Shown: positions 1 through 9,790 of the stretch, in pieces
Layout: each line of letters begins with the position of its first letter
How positions within the stretch are numbered: the first letter of the stretch is position 1
NCBI GenBank assembly: GCA_024654065.1
Contig: JANLIQ010000017.1
Coordinates: 1-46,879, forward strand
Source: Candidatus Berkelbacteria bacterium
GTDB lineage: Bacteria; Patescibacteriota; UBA1384; 2-12-FULL-50-11
Direction of reading: 5' to 3'
Length of the DNA: 46,879 bases
Program-made: the position numbers and the translations under genes
The notes under the pieces: model-generated
Database searches by the model: none
What the model was told of the DNA's origin: nothing
The model's input: only the letters and a program-made list of their open reading frames with translations

Positions 1-2
1 GT

Positions 3-1067
3 CTTGGAGCAATCGGCTATTACGGCGATAAGAAAACTCTGGTCGCCGATAATGCTAAAAATTCGGCGCCATCATCTTCATCCTCGCCGACCGCGACCAC
101 TACTAGTACTGCCCTACCAACCCTCAAACTCGAGGATTATTCGGGTGGCTTTTTCACTATTAAAAAGCCAGTCGACTGGACCGTCACTGTCGGTGGCAGC
201 TGCTCGACATTCTCTTTTGTGATTCATAACCCGAGCAACCCGGCCCAGATGATTATGTACTTCGGTGAAGTGGGTCCAGTTTACCTGAGCGAAAAACAAA
301 GAATGCTCGATAAAAGTTATATGGATATGGGCGGCTACAAGATTGCATGGTACGACATGCCGGTCGTCTCTCCGCTAACTCCAGAGAACTTTTTGAAAAC
401 GATGAGCACAATCACCTCTACCCCACTAGTTCAACAATTCATGACTAACTTACCGCAGTTAAAAGACGTCGACGTCATTTCTTCGACTACCGCCATCAGC
501 CCAGTTTCTGGCACGACAAAGTTGATGCGGGCGGTCTTTATAGAGAAAGGCATTCCAGCTAACGGGTTATTCTTCTTAACTACAACAGTAGTTTTACCCG
601 AAACAGGCATGGCTTCTAGCGGAATTGGATATGGAATGACCTTTATTGGCATATCTTCTGGTCGAGCGGAATTTACCTACTTAGAGAAACCTCTCAACGA
701 CAGTCTGAAAAGCTTAGATATTTCCCAAGATTACGTTTCTAAATGTATTGGTGCGCAAAACGCTCAAACGCAGAATGCTCTTAAAACTAGTAAAACTCTT
801 TCCGAAACATCAGATATCATCACGCAAGGCTATGATAACCGCAATAAATCTGATGATATTATTTCAGAAAAACGATCCGATGTGATGCTTGGTCGCGATC
901 GAGTTTATGATCCTGATACAGGCAATGTATACGACGTTAAAAACGGGTGGTATGACAGTTACAATATTAACCGCCAAGAGTTCAAAATGAACAATTTAGA
1001 ACAACTACCCCAGAGCGATTGGAATCTGTGGACCTCACCCACCAAAGACGCCAAAGAGATTGACTGA
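3..1067 (+). CDS. exported protein of unknown family, 5'-truncated at the window edge
   Basis: Frame 3 has no stop from nt 3 to the TGA at 1065-1067. The track ORF 219..1067 (internal GTG) is therefore only the tail. A Ser/Thr/Pro linker SAPSSSSSPTATTTST precedes a globular part. No motif recognised. Confidence 0.6.
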   Translation, partial: LGAIGYYGDKKTLVADNAKNSAPSSSSSPTATTTSTALPTLKLEDYSGGFFTIKKPVDWTVTVGGSCSTFSFVIHNPSNPAQMIMYFGEVGPVYLSEKQRMLDKSYMDMGGYKIAWYDMPVVSPLTPENFLKTMSTITSTPLVQQFMTNLPQLKDVDVISSTTAISPVSGTTKLMRAVFIEKGIPANGLFFLTTTVVLPETGMASSGIGYGMTFIGISSGRAEFTYLEKPLNDSLKSLDISQDYVSKCIGAQNAQTQNALKTSKTLSETSDIITQGYDNRNKSDDIISEKRSDVMLGRDRVYDPDTGNVYDVKNGWYDSYNINRQEFKMNNLEQLPQSDWNLWTSPTKDAKEID

Positions 1068-1212
1068 CAACGCCCGCATTACATAGGGTTGAGCTGAGAG
1101 TATTAAGGGTTAGGTTAATCAACCTTATGATTTCCACAAAACTTTCGCGTGTCCATTTGGCCTCTCGATGTTGCTCTAGGTAAAGATTCGGAAGTAGTTT
1201 TTGATACACTGT

Positions 1213-2181
1213 ATGAAGATGAAAAAGGTTTGGTGGATAGTCGTTGGAGTTGTCGTGGTGATCGTAGGAGTTGTTTGGTTGGTTATAGCGAATCGGGAGA
1301 AGGAAGTGCCGGTAACAGACATAAGTAATCCAGCTTCAGCTTCTACGGAAGCTAAGGACACCATGTGGCAAGTTGGTGATTTCGCTATTAAGGGTAACTA
1401 TGCCGATGCCGACTTAGTAAAGCTCGCAGATAAAAGCTACCGAATGTATTACTCAATTGAGCCGGAGGTGCCCGGCAATAAACTGGAAATGTATTCTGCA
1501 ACTTCAACTGACGGGGTTACCTGGAAGCAAGAAGCGGGTACTCGCAAGACTATGGCCACCTTCCCAGATGCTGTTACACTGCCCGATGGGAGATTTCGTC
1601 TTTACTTCCAAAATGCCGGCGTAATTAAAAGTGCAATTTCAGCCGACGGACTAAGTTGGACAGATGAAGCGGGTACGCGAATTGATGCAACTAATGATCT
1701 TAGCCTTGCTTTTGATAACGTTGCGGCTGAGACCGTCCTACCGCTCTCTGACGGATCGTATCTAATGGTTTACCGTGGCACAATCAACACAGCATATAGT
1801 AGCGAGACACCGAACAAAAATACTCAACTACTACTCTGGGCAACTTCCGCTGATGGTTTGTCTTGGACGAAGAAGGGTATCGCCGTAGACAGCCGAAACT
1901 CTACCCTAGAAGGCCTAACCGATGGACCAGAACTCTTTAATCTAAATGGCAAAATCCAACTGTCTTTCTGGAGCTATCTCGGTGTTTACTGGACAACTTA
2001 CGAAGCGGGGAGTTTCTCAACTAACTACACAAATGTTTACAAAGGAGAGAACGTAAATCCAATGGCTAAGTTTCCACCGAACCCACCCGGAGATCCGTCT
2101 TATGCTACCTTCGGGAATAACTTGTATATGTATTACGGAGCTCACCAACAAGGTATTAAATATGCCACTAGAAGTCTATAG
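1213..2181 (+). CDS. membrane-anchored Asp-box (BNR-like) beta-propeller protein, glycosidase/sialidase-like fold
   Basis: Contains three S-x-D-G-x-x-W repeats (STDGVTW, SADGLSW twice). The N-terminal TM anchor is MKMKKVWWIVVGVVVV. ATG 1213 is preferred over the track's TTG at 1201. Confidence 0.6.
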   Translation: MKMKKVWWIVVGVVVVIVGVVWLVIANREKEVPVTDISNPASASTEAKDTMWQVGDFAIKGNYADADLVKLADKSYRMYYSIEPEVPGNKLEMYSATSTDGVTWKQEAGTRKTMATFPDAVTLPDGRFRLYFQNAGVIKSAISADGLSWTDEAGTRIDATNDLSLAFDNVAAETVLPLSDGSYLMVYRGTINTAYSSETPNKNTQLLLWATSADGLSWTKKGIAVDSRNSTLEGLTDGPELFNLNGKIQLSFWSYLGVYWTTYEAGSFSTNYTNVYKGENVNPMAKFPPNPPGDPSYATFGNNLYMYYGAHQQGIKYATRSL

Positions 2182-2184
2182 CTA

Positions 2185-3006
2185 ATGAAGAAGATCTGGT
2201 GGGTTGTTATAGCAGTAGTTGTGGTAATTCTCTTTTTGATCGGAGGAGAGGTATATAAGCGACAGACTAACTCTAAAACAAATTCAAGCAGTACCGAAAA
2301 GGATGAAGCACCAACTGTTACGACAAATTTTGTTGATGTGGATAAGATAGCCGCAATTACTAAGTTCCGTAGCTGCCAGGGACATATCGTTGTTCCTCAA
2401 GACGGATCAGAAACTAGAAGTAACATGAAACATTATTTCTATCTTAAGAAAGAGTTTACTAGTGCTCAGGGGATGGTACCTTTGTACGCCCCGTTTGACG
2501 GCTATGTATTTGATATTTTCTCCGAAGAAGGCGAAGGCTTCAGTGACCGTGTTGCAGAGTCACGTGACGTCTCTTTTTCAAAAGAAAAAGGATTTCTCAG
2601 TCGTTCCGGCTGGATGCTGACGATTTTACATATTATTCCGACTAGTTCTTTAAAAAAGGGTGATGCGGTTAAGGCTGGTCAGCTGGTTGGTCACGTTGCC
2701 TTGGAAAAAATACCACCGTATTATTCATTTGACGTTACCTATTCTAAGATGGGCACCTTCCCAAAAAAGGTTGACGGTTGGAACAGTCCTTACGCGGCAT
2801 TAGACTCGGTATTCAACCATATGGACAGTGCCATTCTTGCTCGATTCCAACTTTTTGGCATCACGACACCAGAAAGTTTTATTATTTCCAAATCTATTCG
2901 CGATGCTTCACCGTGCCAGTACAGATCTGGAAGCGTCCAATTTGACCGAGAACTGAACAAAGATTGGGCTAACGATTGGATCGGAAACATAAAGGATGCG
3001 GTTTAG
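2185..3006 (+). CDS. membrane-anchored protein with LytM/M23-like fold signature (catalytic His motifs not evident)
   Basis: N-terminal anchor MKKIWWVVIAVVVV. The motif KKGDAVKAGQLVGHV resembles the M23 V-x-x-G-Q-x-I-G strand. Starts 4 nt after the preceding CDS. Confidence 0.5.
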   Translation: MKKIWWVVIAVVVVILFLIGGEVYKRQTNSKTNSSSTEKDEAPTVTTNFVDVDKIAAITKFRSCQGHIVVPQDGSETRSNMKHYFYLKKEFTSAQGMVPLYAPFDGYVFDIFSEEGEGFSDRVAESRDVSFSKEKGFLSRSGWMLTILHIIPTSSLKKGDAVKAGQLVGHVALEKIPPYYSFDVTYSKMGTFPKKVDGWNSPYAALDSVFNHMDSAILARFQLFGITTPESFIISKSIRDASPCQYRSGSVQFDRELNKDWANDWIGNIKDAV

Positions 3007-3032
3007 GTTATTAATTTGTTACACCTAGACAT

Positions 3033-4235
3033 ATGAAAAAAACCTGGTGGACTGTAATAGCAGTTTTGGTATTAGGAGGTTTAGTAGTGGGGCTACTATA
3101 TACAACCAGAGGCCAGAAACAGACTGTTAATATTCCCGACCCAAATGCGAGCCAGGCCGAAAAAGACAGCGCCGCAGTTAAAGCCGGAAAGGAACTGTCA
3201 AACAATAGATGTAGGGGCTCTGGGCCTAGGGAGCTGACGCGTTTACCGATGGAACAAACAGATTACTCCATGATCCTGCCGTATGGATTAATGGTTGGTG
3301 GTCACGTAACCCCGATCGATCACCAGTATTTCTCGCCCACAGTCTTTAACTCACCGCGAGATACTTACCCAGTTTATGCGATGGCAGATTCAAAGATCGT
3401 AGATATCCAGCCCCGTACTAACGACCGAGGGACAGAGTACAGATTTGTTTTTACAATGAGCTGTACGTTCCTTTACTACTACGACTTAGTGACTAGTTTA
3501 GCCCCAGAGATAAAGACCTATTACGATAAAAGAGACTTTAACATTGATGTAAAAGCAGGTCAGTTAGTTGGACGCATTGGAGGACAAACTTTGGATTTCG
3601 CTGTTTGGGACACGACAAAGCCCTTGCAAAACTTTGTTAACCCAACTAGCTATGTTGGAGAGTCTTGGAAGATATATACAGCTGATCCGCTAGACTACTA
3701 CTCTACTGACGCTAAGGCCAAGGCGTTATCTAAATACGTCCGTACCGCCATCCCGTTGTCTGGACGGATCGATTACGACATTGACGGCAAACTTCGTGGC
3801 AACTGGTTCGTCAAAGGCTCGGGTGGCTATAGTGCACCGAGCAAGGATCGTTCTAGCTACTGGTCGGGGCATTTAGCTATTGCACCCGAATATTTAGATA
3901 ACGCTGCGACTATAGTCTCTTTCGGAAGCTGGAACGATGGTGAAGCTAAGCAATTTGTGGCGAAAAACCCTGTTGATCCAACTACCGTTGGTACAACTTC
4001 AGGAGTAGTTAAATATGAGTTATATGGAATGAACCACTACAAATCAGACGGACGGTTGTGGGACAGTATGAATTTAACACTGGATCCAAAGCTACGGGTT
4101 AACGAAAATGAATTCGGTGGCTGTGTCTTATTCCAACTTGCTGAGGCAAGGGTGTTAAAGATGGAGCAGTTCCCAAACGAGAAGTGTGCTGGAGTCATGA
4201 CTTTTAGCGGTAAAGAGCAGACCTACGAACGATAG
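3033..4235 (+). CDS. membrane-anchored LytM/M23-like paralog with a long C-terminal extension
   Basis: N-terminal anchor MKKTWWTVIAVLVL. Carries HVTPIDHQY and DVKAGQLVGRIGGQTLDFAVWD, paralogous to 2185..3006. Confidence 0.5.
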   Translation: MKKTWWTVIAVLVLGGLVVGLLYTTRGQKQTVNIPDPNASQAEKDSAAVKAGKELSNNRCRGSGPRELTRLPMEQTDYSMILPYGLMVGGHVTPIDHQYFSPTVFNSPRDTYPVYAMADSKIVDIQPRTNDRGTEYRFVFTMSCTFLYYYDLVTSLAPEIKTYYDKRDFNIDVKAGQLVGRIGGQTLDFAVWDTTKPLQNFVNPTSYVGESWKIYTADPLDYYSTDAKAKALSKYVRTAIPLSGRIDYDIDGKLRGNWFVKGSGGYSAPSKDRSSYWSGHLAIAPEYLDNAATIVSFGSWNDGEAKQFVAKNPVDPTTVGTTSGVVKYELYGMNHYKSDGRLWDSMNLTLDPKLRVNENEFGGCVLFQLAEARVLKMEQFPNEKCAGVMTFSGKEQTYER

Positions 4236-4362
4236 TAGTGCTAAATAATGATTACAATTAGCAGTTTGAATTTGTTTTAGGTAGCGTTAGTGGCTGTATT
4301 TCTCTTTGCTATTTACTTCCGCTCTCGTTAGCGCTAAAACTTAAAAAAGATAGGAGGTAAGT

Positions 4363-4527
4363 ATGGATAAGCATTATGCCTGCCCCGGCGGTTGCGGTGG
4401 CATGTCGATAGACATGAAGGCTTGCGACACCGACGGCTGTGAGAAAAATGGTGAAATGATGAAGGAGTGCGACTGCCACGATAACGAGCACGCCCAAATC
4501 ATGGAAACCATCGAAGAAGTCATCTAG
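4363..4527 (+). CDS. small Cys-rich (7 Cys in 54 aa) putative metal-binding protein
   Basis: Below the ORF-track length cutoff. AGGAGG lies 6 nt upstream of ATG 4363. Translation: MDKHYACPGGCGGMSIDMKACDTDGCEKNGEMMKECDCHDNEHAQIMETIEEVI, stop TAG at 4525-4527. Confidence 0.6.
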   Translation: MDKHYACPGGCGGMSIDMKACDTDGCEKNGEMMKECDCHDNEHAQIMETIEEVI

Positions 4528-4569
4528 TTGCTCCTGTACTACAAGGGGACTTACTGGTAAAATCTTAAT

Positions 4570-5088
4570 ATGGCTGAACATCTTCAGACAATTATTTTTA
4601 TGGTTCGTCACGGCCAGACCGATTCGGCTTACAGTCGAGAAGCGGGGATTGATAGTCAGCGACAACTGACAGATACGGGTGTCCAGCAATCCGTCGCTCT
4701 TGGACGATACTTAGCGGCGTTTGCGCCCTCGGCAATATATTCTAGTCCGCTTGACCGTTGTATCGACACGGCCGCGGCCATCAAAACGGAAGTCGGCCTA
4801 GATGACAAAATTGTCATCACCAAGCAATTGCAGGAAATTTACTCTTCTGAACCGCGCCAGGAAGCAGGGGAGAGGGGAGAGTCGATTTTCCAAACTGTCT
4901 TACAGACACATCGGGGCGAGCAGGTGGTCGCTGTTACCCATCAGTACATAATTGGTTACATTGTGGCTGACTTTTTGGGAGTAGGGTTCAGAGACGTGCC
5001 GTGCGAATTCGCCGATGTATATCGTCTCGTTTTTGCCGACAAAACTTTAGTCGAAGCCACTAGACTTCAGCCAGCTAAAGCAGCGTAG
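4570..5088 (+). CDS. histidine phosphatase family protein (phosphoglycerate-mutase-like)
   Basis: N-terminal RHG motif (FMVRHGQTD) and a second catalytic His context (VAVTHQY). A TAAAAT -10 box sits 6 nt upstream of the ATG. Confidence 0.75.
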   Translation: MAEHLQTIIFMVRHGQTDSAYSREAGIDSQRQLTDTGVQQSVALGRYLAAFAPSAIYSSPLDRCIDTAAAIKTEVGLDDKIVITKQLQEIYSSEPRQEAGERGESIFQTVLQTHRGEQVVAVTHQYIIGYIVADFLGVGFRDVPCEFADVYRLVFADKTLVEATRLQPAKAA

Positions 5089-5115
5089 ATTTACGATTTA
5101 AGATTTACGATTTAA
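5088..5115 (+). repeat. perfect tandem duplication of a 14-mer
   Basis: AGATTTACGATTTA occurs twice directly after the phosphatase stop codon. Confidence 0.8.
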
Positions 5116-5170
5116 GAATCAAGATGCGGTCTTTACTATATCAGCACTAGGAAATATTGCTCCTCAACTC

Positions 5171-5199
5171 TTGACTTTAACCCGAGAGTAGTATATACT
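5171..5199 (+). promoter_or_regulatory. promoter TTGACT-17-TATACT of the GC-rich orphan at 5212
   Basis: Read directly from the sequence. Confidence 0.6.
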
Positions 5200-5211
5200 A
5201 CCGAAAGTTCG

Positions 5212-7012
<1,801 letters not shown>

Positions 7013-7041
7013 TAAAGAAGAAAGTCTGGTATATTTGATGT

Positions 7042-7365
7042 ATGAAGGAGAGGGGAGATATTCTCCAGGATCGTGGTGTACAACCGGAAGGGGAGACGGG
7101 TAAACAAGAGACCCGTTCCGAAGTTGTCGAGAGCCCAGAAACCGTCACCCCAGAAACTAGCTCATCCATATTGGAACCCACGGTATCCCAGGCACCAGAG
7201 AGTCAACAAGTACTAAAAGAGCTTTCTGTGAGTGACGGAAACGCTGTCGTTAGAAAACTCGAGGACTTACCTGCAGACAAGACAGTGGATCCGGTAACAC
7301 TCCAGGAGTTAATAGAGACCACAATGAGTATTACAGATACCGAGCATACTGACACTAATGTCTAG
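7042..7365 (+). CDS. small acidic, probably disordered protein; first gene of the ATPase operon
   Basis: 107 aa rich in E/T/S/P. An extended -10 (TGgTATATT) lies 6 nt upstream of the ATG. Overlaps the next CDS by 8 nt. Confidence 0.55.
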   Translation: MKERGDILQDRGVQPEGETGKQETRSEVVESPETVTPETSSSILEPTVSQAPESQQVLKELSVSDGNAVVRKLEDLPADKTVDPVTLQELIETTMSITDTEHTDTNV

Positions 7366-9790
7366 TTTTTTGCCGACCTACCTTCTTTATACGATATTGG
7401 CCGCGATTATTATTTTGCCGTTGGCACTCATGTGGTTTTTCCGTTACTGGCAAAGAAAAGATGTCTTAGGAGATATCAACTCCTTGATCTGTCTGTTGGT
7501 GTCGCTACCTAAGGAGGCGACTGCCGATCCGCATGCTGCATCCGAACCAGTAAAAGACTTCAAGGGCATGATCGCTCCAATGGAGCAGTTTTACTCAGCA
7601 CTGACGACCATTATTCACCAGCGACACTTTGTGGACTGGCTTTTCAGTACCCCAGCACATATTAGTTTTGAAATCTACTCGGTCGGTGGAGTTATAACTT
7701 TTGGTATTGTCTGTCCAAGACGAATCCGGACTATAGTGGAACGACAGGTACATAGTTTCTTTCCCAACGCCCAGATTAACTTGGGCACCCCACCGAAAGT
7801 GTTTACTACTGAACAGCCAAACATTTCCGGCGTTGTCTTTGAGCAAGGAAAGAATTTTGTTCTACCGCTTAAAACTTACCAATATCTAGAAGCAGATCCG
7901 TTGAGTACTCTCACTACAGCACTAACCAAACTTCAAGGTTCGGGCGCTGCAGCTATTCAGATGCTAATTCGTCCGATCTCCGATAACTGGCGCATGCACA
8001 CCGGAATTGCAAGCGGGCATGTAATAGCCAATAAGATGCATCTCGTTAATCGATCTGGTACTTCTAGGGTTATTGGTACTATTGGAGAGGCCTTAAAAAC
8101 ACCTAAGCCCGAGGAGTCTTCGGGCTACAAGCAGCGCTCACCGGCCCAAGAAGAAGTTCTCAAGGCACTACAAGAGAAGGGTAATAAAACTGGTTTCGAG
8201 TCGATTATTCGTGTGGTATCAACCGGAGAGACACCTCAAGCGGCCCAAGAGAATACCAAAGCCATTATCAGTGCTTTTTCCCAGTTCTATTCACCGCAGC
8301 TAAACAGTCTGAAGTACCGCCAGGTCGAACAAAAGAAGATTGCACGCGACTTCTTGTTGCGCCTGTTTTCCAGAGCCCCCAAGATGATTTTGAACGTTGA
8401 AGAACTTGCGAGTGTTTACCATTTTCCAAACCGCCACACCGAAACCCCAGGGCTAAAGTGGGTTTTGGCTAAAGCACTTCCTGCGCCATCTAACTTACCA
8501 AAAGAAGGCGTCGTAATAGGGGAGAGCAACTATCGAGGTGAGAAGCATTTAGTTCGGCTACAAGAAGAAGATCGTCGTCGTCATATTTTTATGATCGGAA
8601 AAACTGGTACTGGTAAAACTACACTCTTCGAAACAATGATCGAGCAAGATATGTATAACGGTAAGGGGTTGTGCTTTATAGATCCGTTAGGTGATGCAGT
8701 TGAATCTTTATTGAAGAAAGTTCCAACTCATCGCGCAAACGACGTTATAGTTTTTGACCCATCAGATACAGAGTACCCGATTGGTTTAAATTTATTGGAA
8801 TACACCAAACCGGAAGAAAAAGATTTCTTGATCCAAGAAGTTATTGAAATCTTCTATAAACTTTTCGACCCGAACCGGACTGGAATTGTTGGACCACAGT
8901 GGGAGCACTGGGCTCGAAACGCTGCCTTAACTGTAATGAGTCGGCCAGGGGGCGGTAGTTTAATTGATCTACCTCGGCTATTCACCGATGACGGCTTTCG
9001 TGAGCAGTCAGTTTCTTATGTTAGAGACCCGGTTGTTAAAGCATTCTGGGAACAACAGCTCGCCAAGACCGCCGATTTCCACAAGTCGGAGATGTATAAC
9101 TACTTCATCTCCAAATTCGGAAGATTCATGACGAACGACCTAATGCGTAATATTATCGGGCAAACTAAGAGCTCGTTTGATCTACGCGAGCTGATGGACT
9201 CCGGAAAGATTTTATTTGTTAATTTGGCTAAGGGTAAAATTGGCGAAATTAACTCAAATTTGTTAGGTCTAATACTGGTCTCAAAAATCCAAGTGGCAGC
9301 TTTTAGTCGGGCAGATACTCCCGAAGAACAACGTAAAGACTTCTATCTTTATGTAGATGAGTTTCAAAACTTTACAACCGATACTTTTGCAACCATCTTG
9401 GCCGAAGCTCGTAAGTACCGGCTGAATCTAAATATCACTAACCAATACTTTGCTCAGCTAACAGAGCATATACGCGATGCTGTAATTGGTAACGTCGGCA
9501 CACTCATATCTTATCGTATCGGGGCCGAAGACGGAGAATTCCTGGTAAAAGAAATGCCTGGATTAACAGCAGAAGATTTAACTAACCTTGATCGCTTCCA
9601 GGCGTATGTTAAGCTACTGATTGACTTAACGCCAACCAAGCCATTTTCTCTTTCGGGCATTAAGAGTCCTAACGCAGGTACTCCCGAAATGGTCACTTGG
9701 CTCAAGAAAGCAACGCGAGTTAAGTACACCAAGCCACCAGTTATATTTTCACCCACAACTAAGCCAGCAGAAACTGAAAAAAACCCATGA
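7358..9790 (+). CDS. membrane-anchored P-loop ATPase, FtsK/HerA/VirD4 (type IV coupling protein-like) superfamily, paralog 1
   Basis: N-terminal TM helix. Walker A is GKTGTGKTT, Walker B is FYLYVDEFQNF, and there is a GNVGTLISYRIG TraD/TraG-C-like segment. 810 aa. Confidence 0.8.
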   Translation: MSSFLPTYLLYTILAAIIILPLALMWFFRYWQRKDVLGDINSLICLLVSLPKEATADPHAASEPVKDFKGMIAPMEQFYSALTTIIHQRHFVDWLFSTPAHISFEIYSVGGVITFGIVCPRRIRTIVERQVHSFFPNAQINLGTPPKVFTTEQPNISGVVFEQGKNFVLPLKTYQYLEADPLSTLTTALTKLQGSGAAAIQMLIRPISDNWRMHTGIASGHVIANKMHLVNRSGTSRVIGTIGEALKTPKPEESSGYKQRSPAQEEVLKALQEKGNKTGFESIIRVVSTGETPQAAQENTKAIISAFSQFYSPQLNSLKYRQVEQKKIARDFLLRLFSRAPKMILNVEELASVYHFPNRHTETPGLKWVLAKALPAPSNLPKEGVVIGESNYRGEKHLVRLQEEDRRRHIFMIGKTGTGKTTLFETMIEQDMYNGKGLCFIDPLGDAVESLLKKVPTHRANDVIVFDPSDTEYPIGLNLLEYTKPEEKDFLIQEVIEIFYKLFDPNRTGIVGPQWEHWARNAALTVMSRPGGGSLIDLPRLFTDDGFREQSVSYVRDPVVKAFWEQQLAKTADFHKSEMYNYFISKFGRFMTNDLMRNIIGQTKSSFDLRELMDSGKILFVNLAKGKIGEINSNLLGLILVSKIQVAAFSRADTPEEQRKDFYLYVDEFQNFTTDTFATILAEARKYRLNLNITNQYFAQLTEHIRDAVIGNVGTLISYRIGAEDGEFLVKEMPGLTAEDLTNLDRFQAYVKLLIDLTPTKPFSLSGIKSPNAGTPEMVTWLKKATRVKYTKPPVIFSPTTKPAETEKNP

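Noticed and set aside
4-222. 72-aa ORF at the left edge.
   Set aside because: A different frame (frame 3) is open from the window edge and joins seamlessly to the 219..1067 ORF. The 72-aa product is Arg/Pro/Leu-rich junk.
4309-4689. 126-aa minus-strand ORF.
   Set aside because: It is antisense to both the SD-led Cys-rich small gene and the phosphatase gene. It has no RBS or promoter and an implausible sequence.
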